The position numbers were made by a program, and so were the translations under genes. Of a DNA stretch of 64,000 bases, positions 40,596 through 50,096 are shown one piece after another. The notes beneath the pieces are model-generated. The model made no database searches and was not told the DNA's origin. It saw only the letters and a program-made list of their open reading frames with translations. Origin of the DNA: Phycisphaerales bacterium (lineage in GTDB: Bacteria > Planctomycetota > Phycisphaerae > WQYP01); contig DAIDJN010000040.1 of NCBI GenBank assembly GCA_027451365.1, positions 32,001 to 96,000 of the forward strand, in the 5' to 3' direction. Each line of letters opens with the position of its first letter. Positions within the stretch are counted from its first letter, which is position 1.

Positions 40596-41047
40596 GTCAA
40601 TTCTCCAAATACACGGGCCGTTACAACTTCGGGCACCCGGTGTTCTAATGTTAAGAGTATTGCAATCCTAATACGACCGTCCAAATCTTAATTGTAATTT
40701 AATTCCTATATTGCATTATAACGATAGATAGCTTACAATCAATATATTCGCTAGTACGAATAATATTGTCATCAGATTCGTATTTTGCGCGTTTGTCTGG
40801 CCGTGGAGACCTAATGGGCGGTTGAATCCGACGCTGCGAATTCTAACGGTGTGACATTTTGTCCCGAACGGCCATGCGGACCATTGCTTTGCCGAGTCTG
40901 ATTTCTTATCATAGTCCTCATGAAATGAGAGGAGAGAATTGGCCTTGCGGTTTAGCGGGCAATTGGCCCGGTGCATGGTAGGCGGAGCGGGAGGCACGGG
41001 GATCGTGCTTGCGGAATCCTTATTTGCATGGAAGGCCAGGATAACCT

Positions 41048-41911
41048 ATGACCCAACTGATGACTTCGGTTCAAACCCAGGCGTCTGAACAATCAGCAAT
41101 AACCACGCAGCGAAAGCACGTGGATGTCCCCGCCGGACTTTGGCTGGCATGTCCGGGCTGCGGCGAAATGGTGTATCGCAAGGAAATGGAAGCAAACTTC
41201 CATAGCTGCCCGCGATGCAGTCATCATTTTCGCGTTAGTGCCCGTCAGCGGGTGGACATGCTGGTGGACATCGGCACTTTTGAAGAAATAGACAAGCGGA
41301 TGGTGTCCGCCGATCCCATTTCATTTAATGCTCGCAAGAGTTACAAACAACAACTGCTGGAAGCCCAAAAGGCATCCGGCTCATCAGATGCGGTAATTAC
41401 CGGAAAAGGGTTTGTAAAAGGCCGGCCGATGGTTCTGGCGGCGATGGATTTTTTCTTTCTTGCCGGTTCAATGGGATCAGTGGTGGGGGAAAAAATAACC
41501 CGCGCGATTGAACTGGCAACGGCGGAGCATCTGCCCCTTGTAATCGTGTCCTGCTCGGGCGGTGCCCGCATGCAGGAAAGCACCGCCAGCCTTATGCAGA
41601 TGGCCAAAACATCGGCGGCGCTGGCCCGGCTGCATCGTGCCGGAGGACTGTTTATCAGCCTGCTGGCCGACCCGACTACCGGCGGCACAACGGCAAGTTT
41701 TGCAATGCTCGGCGATATTATTTACGCCGAACCAAAGGCAATGATTGGTTTCGCCGGACCTCGCACGATTGCCAATACAATTAAAGTGGAACTGCCCGAT
41801 GGGTTTCAGCGGGCGGAATTCCTGGTCGAAAAAGGATTCGTGGACCGCATTGTGCCGCGATCCGAACTCCGATCAACGCTGGCACGGGCGTTTGATTTCT
41901 TCGGCAGATAA
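41048..41911 (+). CDS. accD: Acetyl-CoA carboxylase carboxyltransferase beta subunit
   Basis: GLWLACPGC..CPRC, GSMGSVVGEK, SGGARMQE, PTTGG.TASFA. Confidence 0.97.
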   Translation: MTQLMTSVQTQASEQSAITTQRKHVDVPAGLWLACPGCGEMVYRKEMEANFHSCPRCSHHFRVSARQRVDMLVDIGTFEEIDKRMVSADPISFNARKSYKQQLLEAQKASGSSDAVITGKGFVKGRPMVLAAMDFFFLAGSMGSVVGEKITRAIELATAEHLPLVIVSCSGGARMQESTASLMQMAKTSAALARLHRAGGLFISLLADPTTGGTTASFAMLGDIIYAEPKAMIGFAGPRTIANTIKVELPDGFQRAEFLVEKGFVDRIVPRSELRSTLARAFDFFGR

Positions 41912-42003
41912 CACCGCCCGGCCTTCCCGCGGGGGATTTGGTCACTTGCGTTTCTCACCGCCTGCGTTGCAATTCCCTGTAAAATATTTCTGCAGGACAC
42001 AAT

Positions 42004-42037
42004 AAAAAAGGCGACCGCTGATGGTGCGGTCGCCTTT
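42004..42037. terminator. Intrinsic terminator between convergent accD and pilin-like genes
   Basis: AAAAAAGGCGACCGC...GCGGTCGCCTTT inverted repeat. Confidence 0.8.
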
Positions 42038-42072
42038 GGGTGTTGATATATAAATTTTTCGTATCGCCAATT

Positions 42073-43512
42073 TTACCAGGATGAAGGCACCGTGACCGTA
42101 TGCGGAGTAAAATTCGGCGACCAGCGAAGCTGCCACAGTTGGGCCAGCGGCACCGTGTGGGCGGACCCATCCGTATAGACCACGTTAATCTGATTCAAAT
42201 GCCGGTTCACGCAGAAAATGCCCATTTCATCGTTATTGGAAAGTGTCGAATTGCCAATATTCAGATTGGTTGGCACCGGGTCCAGCGACTGCGGTGCCGC
42301 ATCCACCCAGATGGCATCGGCAAACAATGGTTCATCGGGCAACAGCGCGCCCTGATACGCACGGGGATCAAACATTGGAAGATTACCCTGCACAATTGTG
42401 CCTTTGCCGCGATCCGTGAAAGTGCCGTTTGTGACCACCATGCCATTCAATGTATAGCCGCCATGAAATGAAACGCTTCCTGCTGCATAGATATCTCCAT
42501 TAATGGCGGTTTGGCCATGAAAATCCACATTTCCCAACGCCACAATGTTCATGCTGACCGAACCGCCGGCCTGATTGGATGGAAACTGGCCGGAAATATC
42601 CACATTGCCGCTTACCAGCAATGTGCCGGATCCGATAATGGTGATCTGACCCTTTGGCGAAAAATCGCCGTTGATAATTTGTATCGGATGAATAGAGAAG
42701 TCCAGCGCAGCGCCGCCGGAACCACCCTGTCCACCACCCTGTGAAGAAACCGACCATGGCGAGTCTGAGGCGACCATCTGATCGTATATTTCAGTTACAT
42801 TGGGTGGTTCAAGTCCCTGAACATTCTGTTCAATTGAACCACTGACGCCGGAATTTCCATTGAACGAAACAGATCCCCCCGAAATAACGTTTCCCTGAAC
42901 TGAAGAACCGCCCACGCCCGACACGCTGCTAGCCGAATACACGTTGCCGTAGAACTGATCATTTCCGCCCAACGTGGCGGAACCCAGGGATGATACCGCC
43001 CCCGCGCCGCCGCCCGGGCTGGCGTTTTTGTTTAAGCCATAGCTTGCCACGGTATTTGCCAACCAGGGATAACCCGGTGAATAAGGCGGGCCCGACATGT
43101 TAATCGAACCCCAGGCTAGACTCGCCGTACCCACGCCGCCCGACGGTGTGGCCGCGTCCGGGCAAATCACATTGCCGGCCATATTGGTGTCAAAAGATTT
43201 CAATTCCTGATACCAGGTCCCCGCGGGTGTGAAATAATCGGAGGGCATCGCACTCCGATAGTGCGTTGCATATTCATTGGCAGCCAAGGCAAGCTGATGA
43301 AGGTTGGAAAGGCAATCGGCCGTACGGGCCAATTCTCGGGCGCGCGTCAAACCGCCAATGACAAGGCTGATCAGTATCCCGACAATCGCCACGGCGATCA
43401 ATAACTCTGTCAGGCTGAAGCCTCTGGAATGTCGTCTGGCATCCGGTGGCGTTTGGCGGACCGCCAACCGGTCGCGGAACGCCGGTGCTCGCAATTTTGC
43501 ATCGACCATCAT
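42073..43512 (-). CDS. Prepilin-type N-terminal cleavage/methylation protein with H-X9-DG C-terminal motif (DUF1559-like)
   Basis: RG|FSLTELLIAVAIVGILI, ARELA...CLSNLHQL, SYGLN, PLFAD, RHLNQINVVYTDG. Start uncertain. Confidence 0.88.
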   Translation of the reverse strand: MMVDAKLRAPAFRDRLAVRQTPPDARRHSRGFSLTELLIAVAIVGILISLVIGGLTRARELARTADCLSNLHQLALAANEYATHYRSAMPSDYFTPAGTWYQELKSFDTNMAGNVICPDAATPSGGVGTASLAWGSINMSGPPYSPGYPWLANTVASYGLNKNASPGGGAGAVSSLGSATLGGNDQFYGNVYSASSVSGVGGSSVQGNVISGGSVSFNGNSGVSGSIEQNVQGLEPPNVTEIYDQMVASDSPWSVSSQGGGQGGSGGAALDFSIHPIQIINGDFSPKGQITIIGSGTLLVSGNVDISGQFPSNQAGGSVSMNIVALGNVDFHGQTAINGDIYAAGSVSFHGGYTLNGMVVTNGTFTDRGKGTIVQGNLPMFDPRAYQGALLPDEPLFADAIWVDAAPQSLDPVPTNLNIGNSTLSNNDEMGIFCVNRHLNQINVVYTDGSAHTVPLAQLWQLRWSPNFTPHTVTVPSSW

Positions 43513-43996
43513 AAAACAACTCCTGCCAGAGACGCGTTCCGGCGGTATGCAAATCCGACCGGGCCTGACAAATTCGGACCGGTTCGGGCGCCTCATCGCG
43601 GCAGCCTGATGCTTCGCCATCGCGGTGAAGAGCGGAGTCTGCGAATTCCACAGTCTCCTTATAATCTCTTTCTTCGGCGATTCTTGTCCGCTAAATCAGC
43701 GTTTTTTTAAGCCAAGTTTGTGGCCGTGAACCCGCCGCCGGATTGCGTCTGAAAATATCGGCACGCTGTTTAAAAGAAGTGGCAATACGCGGTTATATGA
43801 CCTTGTGGAAAAAATAAAAAATTATTTTCAATTGCCCGCAAAGTTCCGGAAAAATCATCCATTTCCAAAGTAGATGTGTGCATGTTATCGGCTGCGGGCG
43901 GGGGCTGGAACTTCACAAGTCCGGTACCGCTGCGGCATTTGAATGGCGCGGAAAATAACGGCGGGTAGGCGAGCGCTCCGCGGGCGCGCGATCGTT

Positions 43997-45964
43997 TCAT
44001 TGTTCAGATTTTATTTCCCACGCGGCCATGGCCTGGGCTAGTTCGCCGCGAAGGCGTTCATATTGGTCCTGTGTGCGCTTAAGTTTCGCCGGTACGCTGG
44101 CAATAGCCGGGTCCGCAAACGATTCCTCGCAGGTTCGCAATTCCGCTTCGTGTCGGGCAATCAGTTTTTCAATTTCCTGCGCCGAAAGTCTGGCTAGATG
44201 CGGGGCAATGCGCGGCGCGGCATTTTTCGTCGCCGCGGCCTTCTTCCGGTCGGAATCCTGCGATTGTTTGCGTTCGTCGCGGCGTTTGTCATTCAGTCTG
44301 GTCTGGCGGGCCTGCTGGGCCAGCGTTTTCTTTTTTTCCGCCAAGTGGGTCATGTAATCGCTGTAGGCGCCTTTCACCATTTCCCATTCAGCGGTGCCGT
44401 TTTCCCCGGGCTGTATGGCCAGAATCTGGTCACAGACCGCATCCAGGAAATAACGGTCATGGGACACGACAATCAGGGTGCCGTCGAAACTTTCCAGGGC
44501 GCCTTCCACCACCTGGCAGGTGTCCATATCCAGGTGGTTGGTCGGTTCATCCAGCAGAATTGTATTGCCCGGCTTAAGCAGCAGTTTGGCCATCGCCACG
44601 CGCGATTTTTCGCCGCCGGAAAGCGTGCTGATTTTCTTTTCAATTGTGTCGCCGCTGAACATGAAAAGTGCGGCCAGATCGCGAATATCCTGCGGGCTGG
44701 CCATCGGACGCGTCGCGTGCAATTCCTCCATGACGTTGTGCGACGGCGTCAGGTCCTGATGTTCCTGCCGGTAATATTGCAGGCTCACGGCGTGGCCCCA
44801 GTGCAGTTCGCCGGCGTCGGGTTTAATCAGGCCGGCGAAAATATTCAGCAGTGTGGTTTTGCCCGACCCGTTGGGCCCTACAATGCCCAATCGCGTGCCG
44901 CGGGGCAGATTGAATTCCAGATTATCCAGCAGAACGCGTGAACCGTAGGCTTTGCACAGTCCTTCCACCCGCAGCACTTCCTGCCCGCTGTGTTTCTGAA
45001 CTTCCAGATTCAGAATCATGCGCGTTTTATCGTTGCGCGGCGCCGCGATTGCGCCATCGGTTTTGAACCGTTCGAGCAGCGTTTTACGCCCGCGCGCCTG
45101 ACGTGCCCGCTGGCCAGCGGAAAAGCGGCGGATGTATTCCTCCTGCTTGGCGATGTACGTCTGCTGCTGATCAAACACGCGGGCCTGTGCCAGCAACCGT
45201 TCCGCCCGCTGGGCCATATAGGAGGAATAGTTGCCGGTATATTCTTCAATTTTATGATGCCGCAGGTCGATAATGCGCGTCGCCACGGAATCCAGAAAAT
45301 ACCGGTCGTGACTGATGATCACCATGGCCGCATCGGACATTTCATTGATGGTCTGTTCCAGCCACGCCAGCATGGGCATGTCCAGGTGGTTGGTCGGTTC
45401 GTCCAGCAGAAGCAGGTCGGGTCCTTCCAGCAGCATGCAGGCGAGTTGGGCGCGGGATTTCTGACCGCCGGAAAGGGCGGAAATTTTTAAGTCCATTTCC
45501 GCTTCACGAAAACCGAGCTGATCAAGCACCGTATCCACACGGCGCTGCATTTCCCAGCCGCCCTTGTGCTGGAAATGCGATTGAAGCGTGTCAAACCGTT
45601 CCAACGCCGCGTCATGTTCCGGGCCGGAGGCGTGCTTGGCCAGCAGTTCGGCGGCGGCCTCCATGTCACGTTCCACGGCGCGCAGATGTTCAAACACCAG
45701 TTCCACCTGATGGCGAAGTGTCTGTTCCGGGTCCAGCCGCGGCTGCTGGGATACATAGCTCATTTCCGCGCTGCGGGCAATGGCGACCCTGCCATGGTCC
45801 GGCTCTTCAATACCGGCAATGATTTTCATGAGCGTGGTTTTACCCGCGCCATTCGGCCCGACCAGACCAATGCGATCCCCTTTCTGCACCTGCAGGGAAA
45901 TGTCATCCAGAATCACCCGCCCGGAATAGGCCTTTTCAATGTTTTCAACCGTCAGTACAGCCAC
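43997..45964 (-). CDS. ABC-F family ATP-binding protein (Uup/YheS-like)
   Basis: Two ABC cassettes (GPNGAGKTT, LSGGQ, LLLDEPTNHLD; GPNGSGKTT, LSGGE), no TMs, C-terminal coiled coil. Start GTG 45964 or ATG 45979. Confidence 0.95.
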   Translation of the reverse strand: MAVLTVENIEKAYSGRVILDDISLQVQKGDRIGLVGPNGAGKTTLMKIIAGIEEPDHGRVAIARSAEMSYVSQQPRLDPEQTLRHQVELVFEHLRAVERDMEAAAELLAKHASGPEHDAALERFDTLQSHFQHKGGWEMQRRVDTVLDQLGFREAEMDLKISALSGGQKSRAQLACMLLEGPDLLLLDEPTNHLDMPMLAWLEQTINEMSDAAMVIISHDRYFLDSVATRIIDLRHHKIEEYTGNYSSYMAQRAERLLAQARVFDQQQTYIAKQEEYIRRFSAGQRARQARGRKTLLERFKTDGAIAAPRNDKTRMILNLEVQKHSGQEVLRVEGLCKAYGSRVLLDNLEFNLPRGTRLGIVGPNGSGKTTLLNIFAGLIKPDAGELHWGHAVSLQYYRQEHQDLTPSHNVMEELHATRPMASPQDIRDLAALFMFSGDTIEKKISTLSGGEKSRVAMAKLLLKPGNTILLDEPTNHLDMDTCQVVEGALESFDGTLIVVSHDRYFLDAVCDQILAIQPGENGTAEWEMVKGAYSDYMTHLAEKKKTLAQQARQTRLNDKRRDERKQSQDSDRKKAAATKNAAPRIAPHLARLSAQEIEKLIARHEAELRTCEESFADPAIASVPAKLKRTQDQYERLRGELAQAMAAWEIKSEQ

Positions 45965-46099
45965 AGTAATCCCTTGCATTCATCGCAAAAACCGTAATTC
46001 AGCATTGTACCATATCCGCCCAAAATGTCGGCGCGCCGTCAAACCGGAAACCCGGAAGTGAAATGATCGCGCCAGTGCCACTACCTGACAAGCCGCATC

Positions 46100-46410
46100 G
46101 CCGCTTGGGATATTGTGCCGCACGCGGACGGGTGCGGTTACCATACCCGGACCGCCCGGGTGCTGCGTCTGCTTTCGCCAGTGACTGAACGTCTTGCAAT
46201 TAATGTCTTCCCGCCGACAGAGCGGGGCGGCGTTTAAACTGCGTTCCGCATCCCGGGTCAGCGACAACGCCCGGTTGTGTCGTCCGAAGACCTTCCGCTT
46301 TACATTTGCGTTCAATGTCATCATCATGCTCCTTATGCGGGTGATGACAATAGAATCGCTAATTTTCAGGCTTCCGTGAAGACGCGGTTCGCAATGCGGA
46401 CACTTAATAA
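46100..46410 (-). pseudogene. Probable degenerate IS66-family tnpA (orf1) relic
   Basis: AAGGAG RBS before ATG 46327. SLNAAPLCRREDINCKTFSHWRKQ resembles SGLS...FCR..G....TF..WR, followed by PVRV. No tnpB/tnpC. Confidence 0.45.
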
Positions 46411-46421
46411 AAGCGGTCGGC

Positions 46422-46952
46422 GTGGCCCCTTATCCAGAGAAAGAAAAACGATTGAAAGTTGAACATTTGGAATCACCAAGAAACGACAAAAAAAAATCCC
46501 GACCGCCGCTTGGGGTGGTATTGCTGGCATTCCTTTCCTTGGCACTTGTGGTAGTTGTGCTGGCCACCGGCGCACTGCTGCTGGCGGCTCCGCGCAGCCC
46601 GCTGCTGCACTTTAGCCTGCATTGGCTGATTCGCCTTGGGTTTATCCCCATGCACGGAAAAATTGGTACCGGGCAACTGCCCGCCACCGGGATTGTGTTC
46701 ACCGCCCTGATGATTTACGCCGTGGTCTTTTTCCTTGAGGGCGGCGGAATGCTGCTGGGCAAAGCCTGGGCGGAATATCTGGTGCTTGTGGAACTCGCAC
46801 TTCTGCTGCCCCCGGAAATGGTCGAAAACTACCGGCATACCGATTGGCTCCGACTATTGACCCTTGGCTTTAACGTCATCATTTTCATTTACCTGGCCGT
46901 GCGCCGCGCACAGTCACTCCTTCGCAGCAGGCCAGGCACCGCTGGCGTTTAG
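46422..46952 (+). CDS. DUF2127-like membrane protein
   Basis: RPPLGV, YAVVFFLEGGG..LGKAWAEYL....LLLPPE..E, N..I..YL. Four TMs. Confidence 0.75.
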   Translation: MAPYPEKEKRLKVEHLESPRNDKKKSRPPLGVVLLAFLSLALVVVVLATGALLLAAPRSPLLHFSLHWLIRLGFIPMHGKIGTGQLPATGIVFTALMIYAVVFFLEGGGMLLGKAWAEYLVLVELALLLPPEMVENYRHTDWLRLLTLGFNVIIFIYLAVRRAQSLLRSRPGTAGV

Positions 46953-47107
46953 CCGATTCTCGCTTATCCCCTCATCATCTGTTCTAAACTGGGGCTATCT
47001 CAACTGGCGCAGGGCCACACTGGAGTGCAGGGCCAGAACGGGAATTTATTACAAGCTCGGGGGCGGGCGTCTCGGCTGCATCGTCTGGAAACCCAAGCAT
47101 TGCAAAA

Positions 47108-47713
47108 TCAGTGTTGTACTGGTCGCATCTGATAAGTTTTCAGGAAAAATTCCCGCCGGGCACGCAGCGTCAGGCTGATGGTTTTGGCCTTCGATCGAAT
47201 GGCGTGAAAATCTCCCCTTATGCGCGCCGGTCCCAGCGGGTCATGAAAATATCCGCTGGATGAAACCAGATGCAAATCTCCATCCACAATTGATGCATGC
47301 ATGATACGCGCGTGGCGGCTATTGTGAATTCGTATGAATCCCGCGCCGGAATAAATTCCCGCGCCAGTCGGGGTTATGACGATGTACCGGAACGTCGCAT
47401 TTATCGCCGTTGGCAGTATCGGGGTTACGCCGGGCACCGGTCGCCAGAACACCCGCACCAGGGCAATCTGCCGGATCACCCGACCCGCACGGGCGGGCGA
47501 CGTGGTTTCCAGATAAAAATAATATGTACCGTCGCGGCTTACGCGGTAATACGATGTTGTAAACTCCGGCCGCAGTTCCGCTTTGCCGATCTGCTGCACC
47601 GGTTTGATGCGCAGCGGGCCGAACGACTTACACCCTGTCAAAAGCCCGGCCAGAAGCAAAACCGGTATTAGCAGCCCGGCGCGGTATAGCATTCGGAAGT
47701 TTATCATGACCAT
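47108..47713 (-). CDS. Hypothetical lipoprotein
   Basis: LLAGLLTGC lipobox, coherent 201 aa ORF. Confidence 0.65.
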   Translation of the reverse strand: MVMINFRMLYRAGLLIPVLLLAGLLTGCKSFGPLRIKPVQQIGKAELRPEFTTSYYRVSRDGTYYFYLETTSPARAGRVIRQIALVRVFWRPVPGVTPILPTAINATFRYIVITPTGAGIYSGAGFIRIHNSRHARIMHASIVDGDLHLVSSSGYFHDPLGPARIRGDFHAIRSKAKTISLTLRARREFFLKTYQMRPVQH

Positions 47714-48029
47714 AGCATAATCGCTTGCGGCATATGGGCAACGGGTCCGTCAATTTTTCTGGCGGCGCATATTATTTTATTGGGCACCAAGACCGTCACC
47801 CGCCTTTGCTTGGCATTCGATTGTCCGCCGTAACGCTCAATAAGCTGTTCCCCAGGCACCTTGGCAAATCCGACCAAAAGCGCACCGGTCCGGAAAGAAT
47901 AATCTTCCCGCTGCTTTAACTGGAAATGGGCCATTCATAGTATAATCATCCGCCGGTTCGCTCGCCGCCGGCGGCGGGCGAACGATGCGGTCGTGGAAAC
48001 GTCCGTGCCGGAATATCCCTGGAGATGCA

Positions 48030-49241
48030 ATGACCATGCTTGGTTCAAATATTGTTGGTGCCGATACTCAAAACCCGTGGATTCAGCGGCATGAGGCCGC
48101 GCTGGTGGGAAATTACGGCAAGCTGCCGGTGGTGCTGACACGTGGGCGCGGTTCACGACTTTGGGATGACGCAGGCCGGGAATATCTGGATCTTTTCGCC
48201 GGCTTTGGCGGAACAATATTGGGGCATTGCCATCCGGCTCTGGTTTCAGCTCTCACGCAGCAGGCCCAGACACTTTGGGCTGTGGGAAATCAGTTTTACA
48301 GTCAGCCGCAGGTGCAGTTGGCTGAACGGCTGCGCAGCGACGCCTTTGATGGCCGCGTGTTCCTGTGCCACAGCGGTGCGGAAGCAGCGGAGGCCGCCAT
48401 CAAACTTGCGCGGCTTGCCGGCGGTTCCCAGCGGACGCGTGTCATTTCCATGCATAAGGGTTTTCATGGCCGAACACTTGGCGCTCTTTCGGCCACCGCC
48501 GGTCCGGCGCAAAATGGTTTCGCCCCGCTGCTTTCAGGGTTTGTGCATGTCGAATTTAATAATATTTCCGCACTTGAAGGCCAGATGGATGGAACTGTTT
48601 CAGCCGTTATTTTAGAGCCAATTCAGGGCGAAGGTGGTATGAATATGCCAGCGCCGGATTACCTGCCCGCGGTGCGAAAGCTCTGCGACCGGCACGGCGC
48701 GACACTTATTTTTGATGAAGTCTGGACCGGCGTCGGCCGTACCGGCCAGTATTTCGGACATCAGCATTTTGGTGTCTTACCCGATATTATGACCATGGGA
48801 AAGGCACTCGGCGGGGGGGTGCCCATGGGTGGTATTCTGGCCCGACCGGCGAAGGCCGAGTTTTTTACGCCAGGAACCCATGGGTGCACGTTGGGTGGAA
48901 ACCCGATTTGTGCGGCGGTCAGCAACGCTGTGCTTGCGACCATTGAAAAGGACGGCCTGCTGGAACAGGCTCGCGAATCCGGAGAACTTTTACGCAATGG
49001 AATAGCTGCATTTAATTGTGCCGGCCGGTGCATAAAGGAAATTCGTGGATTTGGGCTTTTCCTGGGGGTGGAACTATGCATTCCGGATGCCGCTCCGGTG
49101 GTTCGCCACGCACTTGCCCACGGCCTGATCATTAACGCCACCCAGAAAAATGTGCTGCGAATCTGTCCTTCACTGGTTATATCCCGGACAGAAATTCAGC
49201 GAAGTCTGGAAATTCTTGAAGCGGCCATTGAAAGCGTATAA
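48030..49241 (+). CDS. argD: Acetylornithine aminotransferase (class III PLP enzyme)
   Basis: SGAEA.EAAIK, FHGRT, EPIQGEGG, FDEVWTG.GRTG, PDI.T.GK.LGGG, GGNP. Confidence 0.9.
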   Translation: MTMLGSNIVGADTQNPWIQRHEAALVGNYGKLPVVLTRGRGSRLWDDAGREYLDLFAGFGGTILGHCHPALVSALTQQAQTLWAVGNQFYSQPQVQLAERLRSDAFDGRVFLCHSGAEAAEAAIKLARLAGGSQRTRVISMHKGFHGRTLGALSATAGPAQNGFAPLLSGFVHVEFNNISALEGQMDGTVSAVILEPIQGEGGMNMPAPDYLPAVRKLCDRHGATLIFDEVWTGVGRTGQYFGHQHFGVLPDIMTMGKALGGGVPMGGILARPAKAEFFTPGTHGCTLGGNPICAAVSNAVLATIEKDGLLEQARESGELLRNGIAAFNCAGRCIKEIRGFGLFLGVELCIPDAAPVVRHALAHGLIINATQKNVLRICPSLVISRTEIQRSLEILEAAIESV

Positions 49242-49359
49242 CTGCGTGTGCCGTGTGGCATTTCATGCCCGCTTTTCATTCGTTTTTCCGATCGCGAAGC
49301 GGTAAAATAGTGTGGCAACGTTGTTGCCGCGAAATTATAGGGAGTTTTTCACTGTGCTC

Positions 49360-50031
49360 ATGGATGTCTCATGCATGAAATGCTCGCGCCCGGCAGTGGT
49401 GCACCTGACGGATATTACCGCCATTCCCGGTGGCAGCCGGGAAATTGTGCAGGTTCACCTGTGTATGAAACATGCCGTATCAGCTGGAATTGTCGGCAGT
49501 CTGCCGGTCGCACCGGACGTCGGCCATAAAAGCGGCCAGGCCACAGATGCCATTGCCAGCAGTGCGGAGGAAGGTTCCTCAGGTGAGGACGAACACGAAG
49601 AACAATTTGAACTTGATGACGCGATCGATGAATTGGCATTTCTGGACGACGACGCTGATGCAGACACCCCGTCGCTAAAAATTGCGGCCGATTCACCCGC
49701 AAAAGCCGCAGCATCCGGAGGCACCTCCGCTCCGGCGTCCCAAATCAAATGCCCATATTGCGGCACCACCTGGGACGACTTCCGCCGCAGCGGTGTGATG
49801 GGGTGTGCCAACGATTACGTCCTGTTTGAAGCCCAGTTAAACGAAGTTCTGGACGGCCTGCATGAAGGGCATGTGACCCATTATGGAAAAATTGCGGTAC
49901 AAGCCCAAATAAGCCAAGCCGTTGTCCACGCGCGGACGCAACGTCTGCAGACGCGTCTGGCCGAAGCGCTGGCCCAGGAAAAATATGAAGAAGCCGCTCG
50001 CCTGCGCGATGAACTTAAACAACAAAGCTGA
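49360..50031 (+). CDS. McsA-like Zn-binding protein with UvrB/UvrC motif
   Basis: CMKC, HLC..HA, CPYCG....FR..G..GC..DY, H.GK, EKYEEAARLRDEL. Confidence 0.85.
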   Translation: MDVSCMKCSRPAVVHLTDITAIPGGSREIVQVHLCMKHAVSAGIVGSLPVAPDVGHKSGQATDAIASSAEEGSSGEDEHEEQFELDDAIDELAFLDDDADADTPSLKIAADSPAKAAASGGTSAPASQIKCPYCGTTWDDFRRSGVMGCANDYVLFEAQLNEVLDGLHEGHVTHYGKIAVQAQISQAVVHARTQRLQTRLAEALAQEKYEEAARLRDELKQQS

Positions 50032-50096
50032 TAGTGAAATAGTCACAGGGCTTTCCCATAGCCCCCGTGCAGTGAGCATTGACCATTGATTTTCAG

